64,000 nt of DNA from Actinomycetota bacterium (GCA_021325455.1 JAJPHD010000010.1:257248-321247), one strand, 5' to 3'. Numbered from the stretch's first letter, positions 18,195 through 26,770 are shown. The notes: generated from the letters alone by a model not told the origin. Program-made: numbers and translations.

Positions 18195-19612
18195 TCTCGT
18201 CCTGGCCGGTGCTGCTCGGCGTCACGTTCACCCCGGTCACCCTGACAGGGATCTACCTGGCATCCACCATCTGTTTCGTCCTGGCCCTCAAGGCGCTCTC
18301 CTCGCCCCGGCACGCCCGCCGGGGCAACCTGATCGGCGTGGCCGGAATGGTCATCGCCGTCGGGCTGACCTTTGCCGACCAGCGCATTGGCCATGACTGG
18401 ATCATCGGGGTGGGCATGGTCATCGGGGCGGCCATCGGCATCCCGGCCGCCCGCAAGGTCCGCATGACAGCCATGCCCCAGATGGTGGCCGCCTTCAACG
18501 GGGTGGGGGGCGGAGCGGCGGCCCTCGTCTCCCTGGTCGAGTTCCTCCACGACGTGCCTGCCGGGGTCAGCCCCGACAAGGTGGTGGAGATCATCTTCGG
18601 CCTCGTGATCGGCTGCCTCTCGCTGTCGGGCAGCGCCTTGGCCTTCGCCAAGCTCCAGGAGCTGATGACCGGCCGCCCCATCACCTACCCCTCCCAGCAG
18701 ATGGTCAACGGAGGGGCAGGCATCGCAGTGGTGGCCCTCGGCGTGGTGACCATCGCCCTTCCCAACCTGGGGACCCTTGCCGCCATGGCAATCATCTCCC
18801 TGTTCCTCGGGGCCAGTGTGGTCCTGCCCGTGGGCGGGGCCGACACGCCCGTGCTCATCTCCCTCCTCAACTCCTTCACCGGCCTGGCCGTGGCAGCAGA
18901 TGGGTTCGTGCTGGACAACCTCGTCCTCATCGTGGCGGGCACCCTGGTGGGAGCGTCGGGAGCACTGCTCACCAAGATGATGAGCGACGCCATGGGGCGG
19001 TCGCTACCCAACATCGTCTTCGGCGGCTTCAAGCCCGCCGTGGCCACGACCGCCGGGGGCGGCGTGGCCGGTGACAGCCGCAGCGTGCGCTCCAGCGATG
19101 CCGCTGACATCGGCACCCTCCTCGCCTACTCCCGCAAGGTCATGATCGTGCCCGGCTACGGCCTGGCCGTGGCCCAGGCCCAGCACGTCATCGCCGAGCT
19201 GGCCAAGACTCTGGAGGACCGGGGGGTGGAGGTGGCCTATGCCATCCACCCTGTCGCCGGCCGCATGCCCGGGCACATGAACGTGCTGCTGGCCGAGGCC
19301 GACGTGCCTTACGAGTCGCTCATCGAGATGGACCACGCCAACCCCCAGTTCCCCACCACCGACGTGGCCCTGGTGGTGGGGGCCAACGACGTCGTCAACC
19401 CCGCGGCCCGGGACCTGCCCGGCAGCCCCATCTACGGCATGCCGATCCTCAACGTGGACCAGGCCGGCGCCGTGGTCTTCCTGAAGCGCAGCATGCGCCC
19501 CGGCTTCGCCGGCATCGACAACGAGCTGCTGTACGACCCCAAGACCGTCATGCTGTTCGGAGACGCCAAGGAGTCGCTCACCAAGCTGGTGGCCTCCGTC
19601 AAGGCGGCTTGA
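18191..19612 (+). CDS. pntB: NAD(P) transhydrogenase subunit beta
   Basis: N-terminal TM domain plus a C-terminal NADP(H) domain (PGYGLAVAQAQH, HPVAGRMPGHMNVLLAEA). It has a GTGA overlap with pntAB. Confidence 0.95.
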   Translation: MISSWPVLLGVTFTPVTLTGIYLASTICFVLALKALSSPRHARRGNLIGVAGMVIAVGLTFADQRIGHDWIIGVGMVIGAAIGIPAARKVRMTAMPQMVAAFNGVGGGAAALVSLVEFLHDVPAGVSPDKVVEIIFGLVIGCLSLSGSALAFAKLQELMTGRPITYPSQQMVNGGAGIAVVALGVVTIALPNLGTLAAMAIISLFLGASVVLPVGGADTPVLISLLNSFTGLAVAADGFVLDNLVLIVAGTLVGASGALLTKMMSDAMGRSLPNIVFGGFKPAVATTAGGGVAGDSRSVRSSDAADIGTLLAYSRKVMIVPGYGLAVAQAQHVIAELAKTLEDRGVEVAYAIHPVAGRMPGHMNVLLAEADVPYESLIEMDHANPQFPTTDVALVVGANDVVNPAARDLPGSPIYGMPILNVDQAGAVVFLKRSMRPGFAGIDNELLYDPKTVMLFGDAKESLTKLVASVKAA

Positions 19613-19679
19613 GGGGGGGCCTGGGGGGGGCCGGAGGGAGGGCCTGAGGGGGCGGTCTTAGGGGGCGGCGTGGGCGGGG
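19613..19679 (+). repeat. G-run tract (potential G-quadruplex) immediately after the pntB stop
   Basis: Eight runs of 3-8 G within 67 nt on the plus strand, interspersed with TGA/TAG in several frames. Confidence 0.6.
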
Positions 19680-19730
19680 TCTGAGCGCCCGGCCTCCTGG
19701 CGAGCGGGCCCGGCGGAAGGCTCCCCGGCA

Positions 19731-19776
19731 GGCCGGCTCGCGGTGAGAGTCCGGGGGGGCCGGCTCGCGGTCAGAG
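19731..19776. repeat. 19-nt direct repeat GGCCGGCTCGCGGT(G/C)AGAG, two copies with a 27-nt period
   Basis: Copies at 19731-19749 and 19758-19776 differ at one position. They lie upstream of rlmN. Confidence 0.7.
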
Positions 19777-19794
19777 GGTCCGCCCTTACGCTCG

Positions 19795-20856
19795 TTGCCT
19801 GTGAGCCGCTACGACCTCAGCCTGTCTGACCTGGGCGAGGTTCTGGCTGGCGAGCCCCCCTATCGGGCTCGCCAGGTGTGGGCGGGCCTGTACCACCGGC
19901 TCGTACCCCCTGCCGAGCTGACCGACCTGCCGGCGACCCTGCGTGCCCGCCTGGGATCGGATCCCCGGCTCACCCCTGCCCTGACACCCTCCCGGGAGCT
20001 CTCGGCCGACGCCGGCCAGACCCTCAAGTGGCTGTGGTCCCTCAGCGACGGTGCCGCCGTCGAGACCGTCCTCATGCACTATGCCAGCCGGTCCACCGTG
20101 TGCGTCTCCAGCCAGGCGGGCTGCGCCATGGGATGCGGCTTCTGCGCCACCGGGCAGGCTGGCTTCACCCGACACCTCTCCACCGGCGAGATCGTCGAGC
20201 AGGTCGTGGCCGCTGCCCGGGCTTGCCGGCAAGCCGGCCGACGCCTGTCCAACGTCGTGTTCATGGGCATGGGGGAGCCCCTGGCCAACTACCCGAGGGT
20301 CTGGGCGGCCGTGGAGCGGATCCACGACGAACTGGGGCTGAGCGCCAGGCACATCACCCTCTCTACGGTAGGCCTGGTCCCGGGAGTGCGGAGGCTGAGC
20401 CGCGAGAGGCTTCCGGTCGGCCTGGCGGTCTCCTTGCACGCCGCCAACGACTCCCTTCGGGACCGGCTCCTGCCCATCAACCGGCGCTGGCCGCTGGGGG
20501 TGCTGATGGCAGCCTGCGAGGAGTACGTGGCGTCGTCGGGCCGCCGGCTCTCCTTCGAGTGGGCTCTCATGGACGGTGTGAACGACAGCCGCAGTGACGC
20601 CGCCCAGCTGGCTGGCCGGGCCCGTCCTCTCCGGGCCCACGTCAACCTGATCCCCCTCAACCCCACCCCAGGCTGGCCGGCCCGGGGGACCCCTCCCGCC
20701 GGGGTCCAGCAGTTCGCCAGGGAGCTGCGTGAGCTGGGCGTGAATGTCACCGTCCGCCGCAACCGCGGGCTCGCCATTGACGCCGCCTGCGGGCAGCTGG
20801 CAGGGGCCGGCTCGGCCGGCGCCCACCCGGTGCCTCTTTCCCGCTCTGGCCTGTAA
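19795..20856 (+). CDS. rlmN: 23S rRNA/tRNA adenine-C2 methyltransferase (radical SAM)
   Basis: CVSSQAGCAMGCGFCATG (CxxxCxxC), NVVFMGMGEPL and the C-terminal catalytic Cys region DAACGQL are present. The start is TTG or GTG. Confidence 0.93.
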   Translation: MPVSRYDLSLSDLGEVLAGEPPYRARQVWAGLYHRLVPPAELTDLPATLRARLGSDPRLTPALTPSRELSADAGQTLKWLWSLSDGAAVETVLMHYASRSTVCVSSQAGCAMGCGFCATGQAGFTRHLSTGEIVEQVVAAARACRQAGRRLSNVVFMGMGEPLANYPRVWAAVERIHDELGLSARHITLSTVGLVPGVRRLSRERLPVGLAVSLHAANDSLRDRLLPINRRWPLGVLMAACEEYVASSGRRLSFEWALMDGVNDSRSDAAQLAGRARPLRAHVNLIPLNPTPGWPARGTPPAGVQQFARELRELGVNVTVRRNRGLAIDAACGQLAGAGSAGAHPVPLSRSGL

Positions 20857-20866
20857 GACTGGTCCC

Positions 20867-21235
20867 ATGTCCTACAAGCCGGAACGGCGGTGGGTGAACA
20901 GCGGTCAGCCCCAGACCCTCCAGGCCAGCGTGATCCTCCTGTACCTGAACGCCATCTTCTTTGTGATCTTCGGCGGGCTGTCCGGTGGGTTCGGGCTCAT
21001 CGGGCTGGCCATGGCGGCCGGCGAGGGGGTAGGCGGGTACGGCATCGCCAACGAGCGCAAGTGGGGTTACTGGTTGGGCACGGTTGCCGCGGTGGTGAGC
21101 CTTGCCTTCGCTGTGCTGGCCGCGGTGGTCGTTGGTTTCGGAGGCAACTTCCTCAACCTGCTCTTCGACATCGCCCTAGTGGTGCTCCTGCTGCATCCCC
21201 AGAGCCGGGACTACCGCCGCATCTGGTTCAAGTAG
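20867..21235 (+). CDS. hypothetical small membrane protein (122 aa, about 4 TM)
   Basis: ATG 20867 is in frame within ORF 20744..21235. Hydrophobic segments are rich in G/A/V/L/F. No family was recognised. Confidence 0.6.
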   Translation: MSYKPERRWVNSGQPQTLQASVILLYLNAIFFVIFGGLSGGFGLIGLAMAAGEGVGGYGIANERKWGYWLGTVAAVVSLAFAVLAAVVVGFGGNFLNLLFDIALVVLLLHPQSRDYRRIWFK

Positions 21236-21524
21236 CCGGCAGGCGTTCCGGCCCGGTCGACCCGGGCCTCCAAGCTGGCGACCTGCGGAGACCAGTCCCC
21301 CGACGCTGCCCAGGTAGGCGACTAGGCCCAGCCCGCCCCCCGGAGATGCGGGTCGGCGCCAGGGGAGGCGTCACCGCCGCCACCCAAGCCCGCAAGGGCA
21401 TGATGCGGAGTGCGTTCAGTCATTCTGATTGCGTTCGGCGTTGACAGATGGACTCAAGCCGACTCAGAGTTACCTTTTGCACCCGGGTCAGACCCCCCCC
21501 TGCCCCCGGCGCAGTGACAGGACG

Positions 21525-22425
21525 TCAGGCGGCCGACGCCATGACGGCGGTAATCTGGGCTGCCACGTGGGTTGGGCGGTCCCAGAGGTCCGCCCACGTA
21601 TAGCGCAGCACGCGCCACCCCTGGCGGATCAGCTCGTTCTGGCGAGCCAGGTCAGCCTGTAAGGCCTGCGGCGTCCCGTGGGTGGCAAAGCCGTCCACCT
21701 CGACGAGCAGGCGGCCCGCTGGCCAGGCCACATCGGCCCGGTACTGGTGGCGCTCCCCTACCCCGAGCTCCCGGACCGGCTCGGGCAGCCCCTGGCTGCG
21801 GATGATCTGCAGGAGGCGGCGCTCGAGCTGGCTCGCAGGCACTCCGGGGACACCCAGATCCGAGAGCACGCTGCGCAACGCTGCCGTCCCCGACACCCCG
21901 CTCCGGCCCCTCCTCTCCAGCTCGGCCAAGATAGCCTCCCCGCTCACGAGCCCCTTGCCGAGGGCACGCTCGACGACCTGGCTCAGGTTGCCGGGGAGGC
22001 ACCACCCTCGCCACGTCCAAGACGGTCCGCAACGGGTTGGTGACGGGGATCCCCTGCCGGCGACTAACCGGCAACCCCATACGATCCCTGGCCCAGTGGA
22101 TCACGGCACCCTCCCTGCGCAGGCCGGGGCGCCCGGCAATGGCGTCCACCAGCTCCGGCCGCCTTTCCTCAAGGCCCCAGAGCCAGGCGGCGGAGAGATG
22201 CGAGACGACCGCTCCCGGAAGGGACAGGCAGACAGCCATCATGGCCTGCTCCGGGGTGGGGGCCCGCACCGTCTCGACCCGGTATACGCCCCTGTGCATG
22301 GCTTCCCACGATCCGGAGCGCAGCTGGCGGCGGATGGCCTCCCGGCTCACCCCCGACGCCAGAGCCTGCTCCCGCGTGACCAGAAGGTGCTGGCCCAGGG
22401 CCGCTTCGCGGAGCTGAAAAGTCAT
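21525..22425 (-). pseudogene. AbiEi-like N-terminal domain + DUF559 (Vsr-like endonuclease fold) gene disrupted by a 1-nt frameshift
   Basis: The N-terminal frame (22425 down to about 21995: LLVTREQALASGVSREAIRRQLRSGSWEAMHRGVYRV...IPVTNPLRTVLDVARVVPP) continues in another frame (GNLSQVVERALGKGLVSGEAILAEL...VEVDGFATHG...GWRVLRYTWADL). The switch occurs at a C4/G4 run at 21992-21995. Confidence 0.7.
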
Positions 22426-22486
22426 CTTAATACATCAGAATGTATCATAGGCGCCGGTGAGTGAAACAGCGCGCTAGCGTCCGGCC

Positions 22487-22942
22487 ATGAGAATCACGAT
22501 GGCGGACCTTCCTGGGCTGGTCGGCCAGCACCTGGGATGGAGTCCCTGGCACGAGGTGACCCAAGAGCAGGTCAACCTGTTCGCCGATGCCACCGGCGAC
22601 CACCAGTGGATCCACGTGGACCCGGAGCGGGCCAGGGAGGGACCCTTTGGTGCGCCGGTCGCCCATGGCTACCTCACCCTCTCTCTGGGAACGGCTCTCC
22701 TGCCGGAGGTGGTCACCGTCGACGACGCCCGGCTGTGGGTGAACTACGGCTGCAACCGGGTTCGCTTCCCAGCCCCGGTCAGAGTGGGGGAGAGGCTTCG
22801 CCTGGGGGTGGAGCTGGCCAGCTGCGATGAGGTGACCGGGGGGTCCCAGGTGGCCCTGGACCTCACCTTCGAGATCGAAGGCCAGCCGCCCCCGGCCAAG
22901 CCGGCCTGCGTGGCCCAAGGCGTCTTCCGTCTCTACGCCTAG
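22487..22942 (+). CDS. MaoC-like (R)-specific enoyl-CoA hydratase (PhaJ-like)
   Basis: Hot-dog fold motif ATGDHQWIHVDPERA...APVAHGYL is present. Confidence 0.9.
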   Translation: MRITMADLPGLVGQHLGWSPWHEVTQEQVNLFADATGDHQWIHVDPERAREGPFGAPVAHGYLTLSLGTALLPEVVTVDDARLWVNYGCNRVRFPAPVRVGERLRLGVELASCDEVTGGSQVALDLTFEIEGQPPPAKPACVAQGVFRLYA

Positions 22943-23143
22943 CAGCCCGGGGGCCAGCCCGGGGGCCACCCCCCAGGCCCGCCGCTCCCCGGGGCTCGCC
23001 GCTCTCCGGGGCTCGCCCCGCCGGGCTCGTAGCCCGCCCGGGCTGGTCCCCGCCGGCCAGCGGCAAGGCCCGCTCCGCCGAAGCGACAGGCCCGCCGGGC
23101 ACGCCGGGCCGGGACGCCACGCCGGCCGGGATGCCACGCCGGC
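22943..23143. repeat. three independent short tandem duplications in a convergent intergenic region
   Basis: CAGCCCGGGGGC x2 (22943-22966), GCCGCTC(C/T)CCGGGGCTC x2 (22981-23014) and CGGGA(C/T)GCCACGCCGGC x2 (23110-23143). Confidence 0.7.
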
Positions 23144-23192
23144 CCGGAAGCGCCACTCCCCGGAAACCACCGGTCCACGGGGCCGGTGCGCC

Positions 23193-25064
23193 TCAGGGCG
23201 CCATCACGTACTGCCCCGGCGCCGGCCCGAGCGGGGGGTAACGGGCGCTCCCCATGGCGGGGGGTGGCCCCAGCTCACCCGACCGGGTGGCCATCCACGC
23301 CGCCCAGTCCTCCCACCACGAACCCTGGTGCTCGGCCGCTCCCGCCAGCCACTCCGAGGCCGAGGCCGGGAGGGCCCCCCCACCGGAGCCACCGCCAGCC
23401 CCCACGGGGGACCGAGAGCCGCTCCGGCCTTGGCGCGCCCTGACCTCTGGCCCTGGGCTCTCGCCACCATGGCCTTCGTAGGTCCAGTGCCTCGACTTGG
23501 GGCCCGGGGGGTTCACGATCCCGGCGATGTGCCCCGACGAGCTGAGGACGAAGCGCGCCCGGGCCAGGAGCTGGGTGGCCCGGTAGGAGGACCGCCAGGG
23601 CGCGATGTGATCCTCCTTCGCCGCCAGCAGGTACACCTCCTGGCTCACGTCCTCCAGCCTCAGGTCCTCCCCTGCCAGCCTGAGGGTCCCCCGGGCCAGG
23701 CGGTTCTCGAGGTAGCAGGCCCGCAGGTAGAAGGAATGCATGGCAGCGGGCATACGGGTGCCGTCGGCGTTCCAGGCCAGGATGTCGAAGGCCGGGGGGT
23801 CCTCGCCCATGAGCCAGTTGTGCCTCACGTAGGGCCAGATGAGGTCGTTGGCCCGCAGCAGGTCGAAGGTTGACGACATCTCCGCCGAGTCCAGGTATCC
23901 CCGCCGGGCCATGGTGCGCTCCAGGCGCGCCACGGTCCCCGGGTCGGTGAAGGCCCCCAGCACCCCGGGCTCGGAGAAGTCAATCAAGGTGTTGAGCAGG
24001 GTTGCCGTTCGAACCCGGTTCCCCTCCCCCCGGGCCGCGAGATAGGCGAGCAGCATGGCCGTCAGGGTCCCGCCCAGGCAGAGCCCCACGATGCTGGCCT
24101 CGGGGGCGCCCGTGATGTCGGCCACCACGTCCAGGGCCTGCAGCGGTCCGTGCACCAGGTAGTCCTCCAGGGTGACGTCCCGCATGGAGGCGTCGGGGTT
24201 GCGGTAGCTGATGGCGAAGGTCGTGTGCCCGTGGGAAACGGCCCACTCCGCGAAGCTCCTCCCCGGGGACAGGTCCATGACGTAGTACCGGTTGATCCAT
24301 GGGGGGCTGAGCAGCAGCGGGACCTCGAAGGTGGTGGGCGTCTGCGGGGCGTACTGGAGCAGCTCCATCAGGTCGTTGCGGTAGACGACCTGGCCCGGGG
24401 TGGCGGCCAGGTTGCGGCCCAGCTGGAAGCCCCTCCGGTCCACCTGCTTGGGCCGTCCCCCGTTGGTGGCCAGGTCCTCGAGGAAATTGGCAAAGCCCCG
24501 GGCCAGGCTCAGCCCTCCTGTCTGCAGGGCCCGGTGGAGGGCGGCGGGGTTCCCGAGCAGCGTGTTGGGGGGAGCCAGGGCGTCCACCACCATCTGAGCC
24601 GCCAGCTCGGTCTTGACTCGCTCCTTGCGGTCGAGGTCGGCCCCCTCGAGGAGGTCCCCCACCAGCCGGGCCCACAACAGGTAGGCCTGCTCCAGGCCGA
24701 AGTACCAGGGGTTCTCCTCCCAGTCCGGCTCCTGGAACCGGCGATCCTTGGGCCCCGGGCGAACTGGCCCCGCCACCCGGCGCCCGGCCGCCCGCAGGGC
24801 CGTGGCCGCCATGGCCGCTCCCATCCCCTGAGCCCAGCGACCGGTGGCCTCGGCCACGGCTCCGGGCCGCCGTCCCAGGCGCAACGGCAGGCGGGCCAGG
24901 GCCAGGGCCAGGCCCACGGGGTCCGGGGCCGGCCCCAAGGATCCCTCCGGCCCCAGGGCCTCAGCCGCCCCAGCGGGCAGGGCCGACTCCCCTGACGTCA
25001 CCGACTCGGCCGGCTCCGCTGCCTCCCGGGAGGCGGCCCGCTGGTCGAGGGGTCGGCGAGCCAC
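23193..25064 (-). CDS. phaC: class I poly(R)-hydroxyalkanoate synthase
   Basis: PWINRYYVMDL, the lipase-box-like GLCLGG and AKEDHIAPW are present. The GTG start has GGAGG 6 nt upstream and lies 1 nt after the stop of the preceding gene. Confidence 0.92.
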   Translation of the reverse strand: MARRPLDQRAASREAAEPAESVTSGESALPAGAAEALGPEGSLGPAPDPVGLALALARLPLRLGRRPGAVAEATGRWAQGMGAAMAATALRAAGRRVAGPVRPGPKDRRFQEPDWEENPWYFGLEQAYLLWARLVGDLLEGADLDRKERVKTELAAQMVVDALAPPNTLLGNPAALHRALQTGGLSLARGFANFLEDLATNGGRPKQVDRRGFQLGRNLAATPGQVVYRNDLMELLQYAPQTPTTFEVPLLLSPPWINRYYVMDLSPGRSFAEWAVSHGHTTFAISYRNPDASMRDVTLEDYLVHGPLQALDVVADITGAPEASIVGLCLGGTLTAMLLAYLAARGEGNRVRTATLLNTLIDFSEPGVLGAFTDPGTVARLERTMARRGYLDSAEMSSTFDLLRANDLIWPYVRHNWLMGEDPPAFDILAWNADGTRMPAAMHSFYLRACYLENRLARGTLRLAGEDLRLEDVSQEVYLLAAKEDHIAPWRSSYRATQLLARARFVLSSSGHIAGIVNPPGPKSRHWTYEGHGGESPGPEVRARQGRSGSRSPVGAGGGSGGGALPASASEWLAGAAEHQGSWWEDWAAWMATRSGELGPPPAMGSARYPPLGPAPGQYVMAP

Positions 25065-25065
25065 C

Positions 25066-25650
25066 TCAAGCCTCCATGGTGGCCAGGCTGAGGACCTCCA
25101 GGCGCCAGTCGTCGTAGCTCACGTCAGGGCGGTAGTCGGCGTAGTCAGCCACCGTGCGAAGCGGGACCGGGCCCCTGTCCCCCACCAGCTTGGCGACCTC
25201 CTCGGGGCTCCCCGGACGGCGGTCCAGCACCGTCACCCTCAGGTCGCCTAGTGCCTCGGCCAGGATGGAGTGAGCCAGGACCCGCAGCAGCGCCAGGCGT
25301 GCCCGCTGGTCGTCGGGCACACCCGTCTCCCCGGGGGAGTTGCCCGCCACCAGCACCACCGTGGCGTCGGCAGCCAGGAGGGGCAGAACCCGGATGGCGG
25401 CGTCGAAGCGGGCCAGCAGCCCCTGGGTGAGGAAATCCCTCACCCGGGCCACGACCGTGGTCGAGATGGACGACACCTGCACCGGCAGCTGCACATAGCA
25501 CTGCAGCGAGCCCGGGGGGATCCCCGCCGCCACCCCCGCCAGCTCCTCCAGCCGGTCCACGGCCACCACGTCCATGCCTTGTGCCACCAGCACCTGGCGC
25601 ACCGGGTCTACCCGGTCCGGTGAGCCCGTCACCAGCACCTTGCTCGTCAC
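25066..25650 (-). CDS. hypothetical protein (194 aa) with a Rossmann-like N-terminus, translationally coupled to phaC
   Basis: GTG start with AGGAGG 5 nt upstream. It begins KVLVTGS but I saw no clear SDR catalytic motif. No family was recognised. Confidence 0.6.
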   Translation of the reverse strand: MTSKVLVTGSPDRVDPVRQVLVAQGMDVVAVDRLEELAGVAAGIPPGSLQCYVQLPVQVSSISTTVVARVRDFLTQGLLARFDAAIRVLPLLAADATVVLVAGNSPGETGVPDDQRARLALLRVLAHSILAEALGDLRVTVLDRRPGSPEEVAKLVGDRGPVPLRTVADYADYRPDVSYDDWRLEVLSLATMEA

Positions 25651-25713
25651 GGCGACCTCCTGTGGGATCTGTCCCCCCTGAGGCTACCGACCCCCGGCGG
25701 GCTTGGGGGGCGC

Positions 25714-25743
25714 TTGACATAGTGAGCAGATGCTCTATATACT
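25714..25743 (+). promoter_or_regulatory. sigma70/SigA-like promoter driving a leaderless transcript
   Basis: TTGACA (25714-25719), then TATACT (25738-25743, 18-nt spacer) or TATATA (25736-25741, 16-nt spacer). The ATG at 25750 lies 7 nt after the -10 element and no SD is present. Confidence 0.45.
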
Positions 25744-25749
25744 TATCCC

Positions 25750-26058
25750 ATGAGCACCATAACCGACATCACCACCCTCGCCCAGGAGCAGGTCCTGGCC
25801 GGCCTCGAGCTGGGCCAGCGCTGGGTCCTGGGGACCCTTCGGACCACGGCCGAGACCCTGGACAACGTCCTGCCCGACCTGGGCAAGCTGCCCGAGCAGC
25901 CCTTCGCCCAGCAGCTGCCCAGCCCTCAGGAGGCCGTGCAGGCCGGCTTCGACTTCGTGGAGAAGCTGGTCGCCTCCCAGCGGGCCTTCGCCAGCGAGGT
26001 GGCTGCCCTGGCCCCCAAGCCGGCCCGCCCCGCCTCCCGCAAGGCCCAGGCCGCCTGA
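25750..26058 (+). CDS. small helical protein (102 aa), candidate granule-associated (phasin-like) protein
   Basis: ATG start. Amphipathic helical sequence with a basic A/P/K/R tail (APKPARPASRKAQAA). It lies divergent from the phaC operon. The functional call is by context only. Confidence 0.6.
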   Translation: MSTITDITTLAQEQVLAGLELGQRWVLGTLRTTAETLDNVLPDLGKLPEQPFAQQLPSPQEAVQAGFDFVEKLVASQRAFASEVAALAPKPARPASRKAQAA

Positions 26059-26069
26059 GACGCAGTGAG

Positions 26070-26100
26070 GGGGCCCGGGTGCCATCCGCACCCGGGCCTC
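26070..26100 (+). terminator. strong hairpin between the small gene and the XRE gene (terminator or attenuator)
   Basis: GGCCCGGGTGC/GCACCCGGGCC forms an 11-bp perfect stem (26072-26098) with a 5-nt loop, followed by TCTCCT. The U-tract is weak. Confidence 0.45.
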
Positions 26101-26125
26101 TCCTGAGCCCCGCTACGGTCGGCCC

Positions 26126-26506
26126 ATGGGAAATGAAGACCCCTGGAGGCGCCAGCTCGAGGCCCTGGGCGAGGTGATCCGGGCCCAGCGCCGGTTGGCC
26201 AAGCTCTCGCTGCGGGACCTGGCCGAGCTGACCCAGGTCTCCAACCCCTACCTGTCCCAGATCGAGCGGGGCCTGCACGAACCATCGGTACGGGTCCTGC
26301 GCTCCATCGCCAAGGCGCTCAACGTCTCGGCCGAGACCCTCCTCGCCCAGGCCGGCCTCCTCGACCAGCAGGAGGCCCGGGCTCAGCCGCTGCCGACCGA
26401 GGCCGCCATCGAGGCCGATCCGGCCTTGAGCGACGCCCAGCGAGAAGCCCTGCTGGCGGTGTACCGCTCCTACCTCGCTGCCAACCGGTCCGCAGAGTCG
26501 GGATAG
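26126..26506 (+). CDS. XRE-family helix-turn-helix transcriptional regulator
   Basis: HTH_3 motif LSLRDLAELTQVSNPYLSQIERGLHEPSVRVLRSIAKAL is present. Confidence 0.85.
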   Translation: MGNEDPWRRQLEALGEVIRAQRRLAKLSLRDLAELTQVSNPYLSQIERGLHEPSVRVLRSIAKALNVSAETLLAQAGLLDQQEARAQPLPTEAAIEADPALSDAQREALLAVYRSYLAANRSAESG

Positions 26507-26770
26507 CTCCCCTTCTACTTCCCACCCCCTCTCCCGGGGGGTGCGAGCCGGCGGCCGGCCCGGGTGGCAACCAACGCCATCCCCCCTACAGTGGGCCCGT
26601 GGAGCTGCGGGTGGACGAGCTGACCGCCCAGCCCCGCCCCCCGACCGGCACGCCGCCCGCAGGCTGCAGGCGTTCCGGGGGCCGCTGGCACCCACGGTCC
26701 CCCCGGTGACCACTTGCTCGAGTTGCGTCGGCCCCACCTGGCTGGCCGCCACCAGGACGGAGGCGGTGGG

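Noticed and set aside
26507-26770. 264-bp gap before menG, with a short ORF beginning VELRVDELTAQ...
   Set aside because: The ORF is 36 codons, P/R/G-rich, and has no SD or family resemblance. No convincing RNA structure was seen. I left it unannotated.
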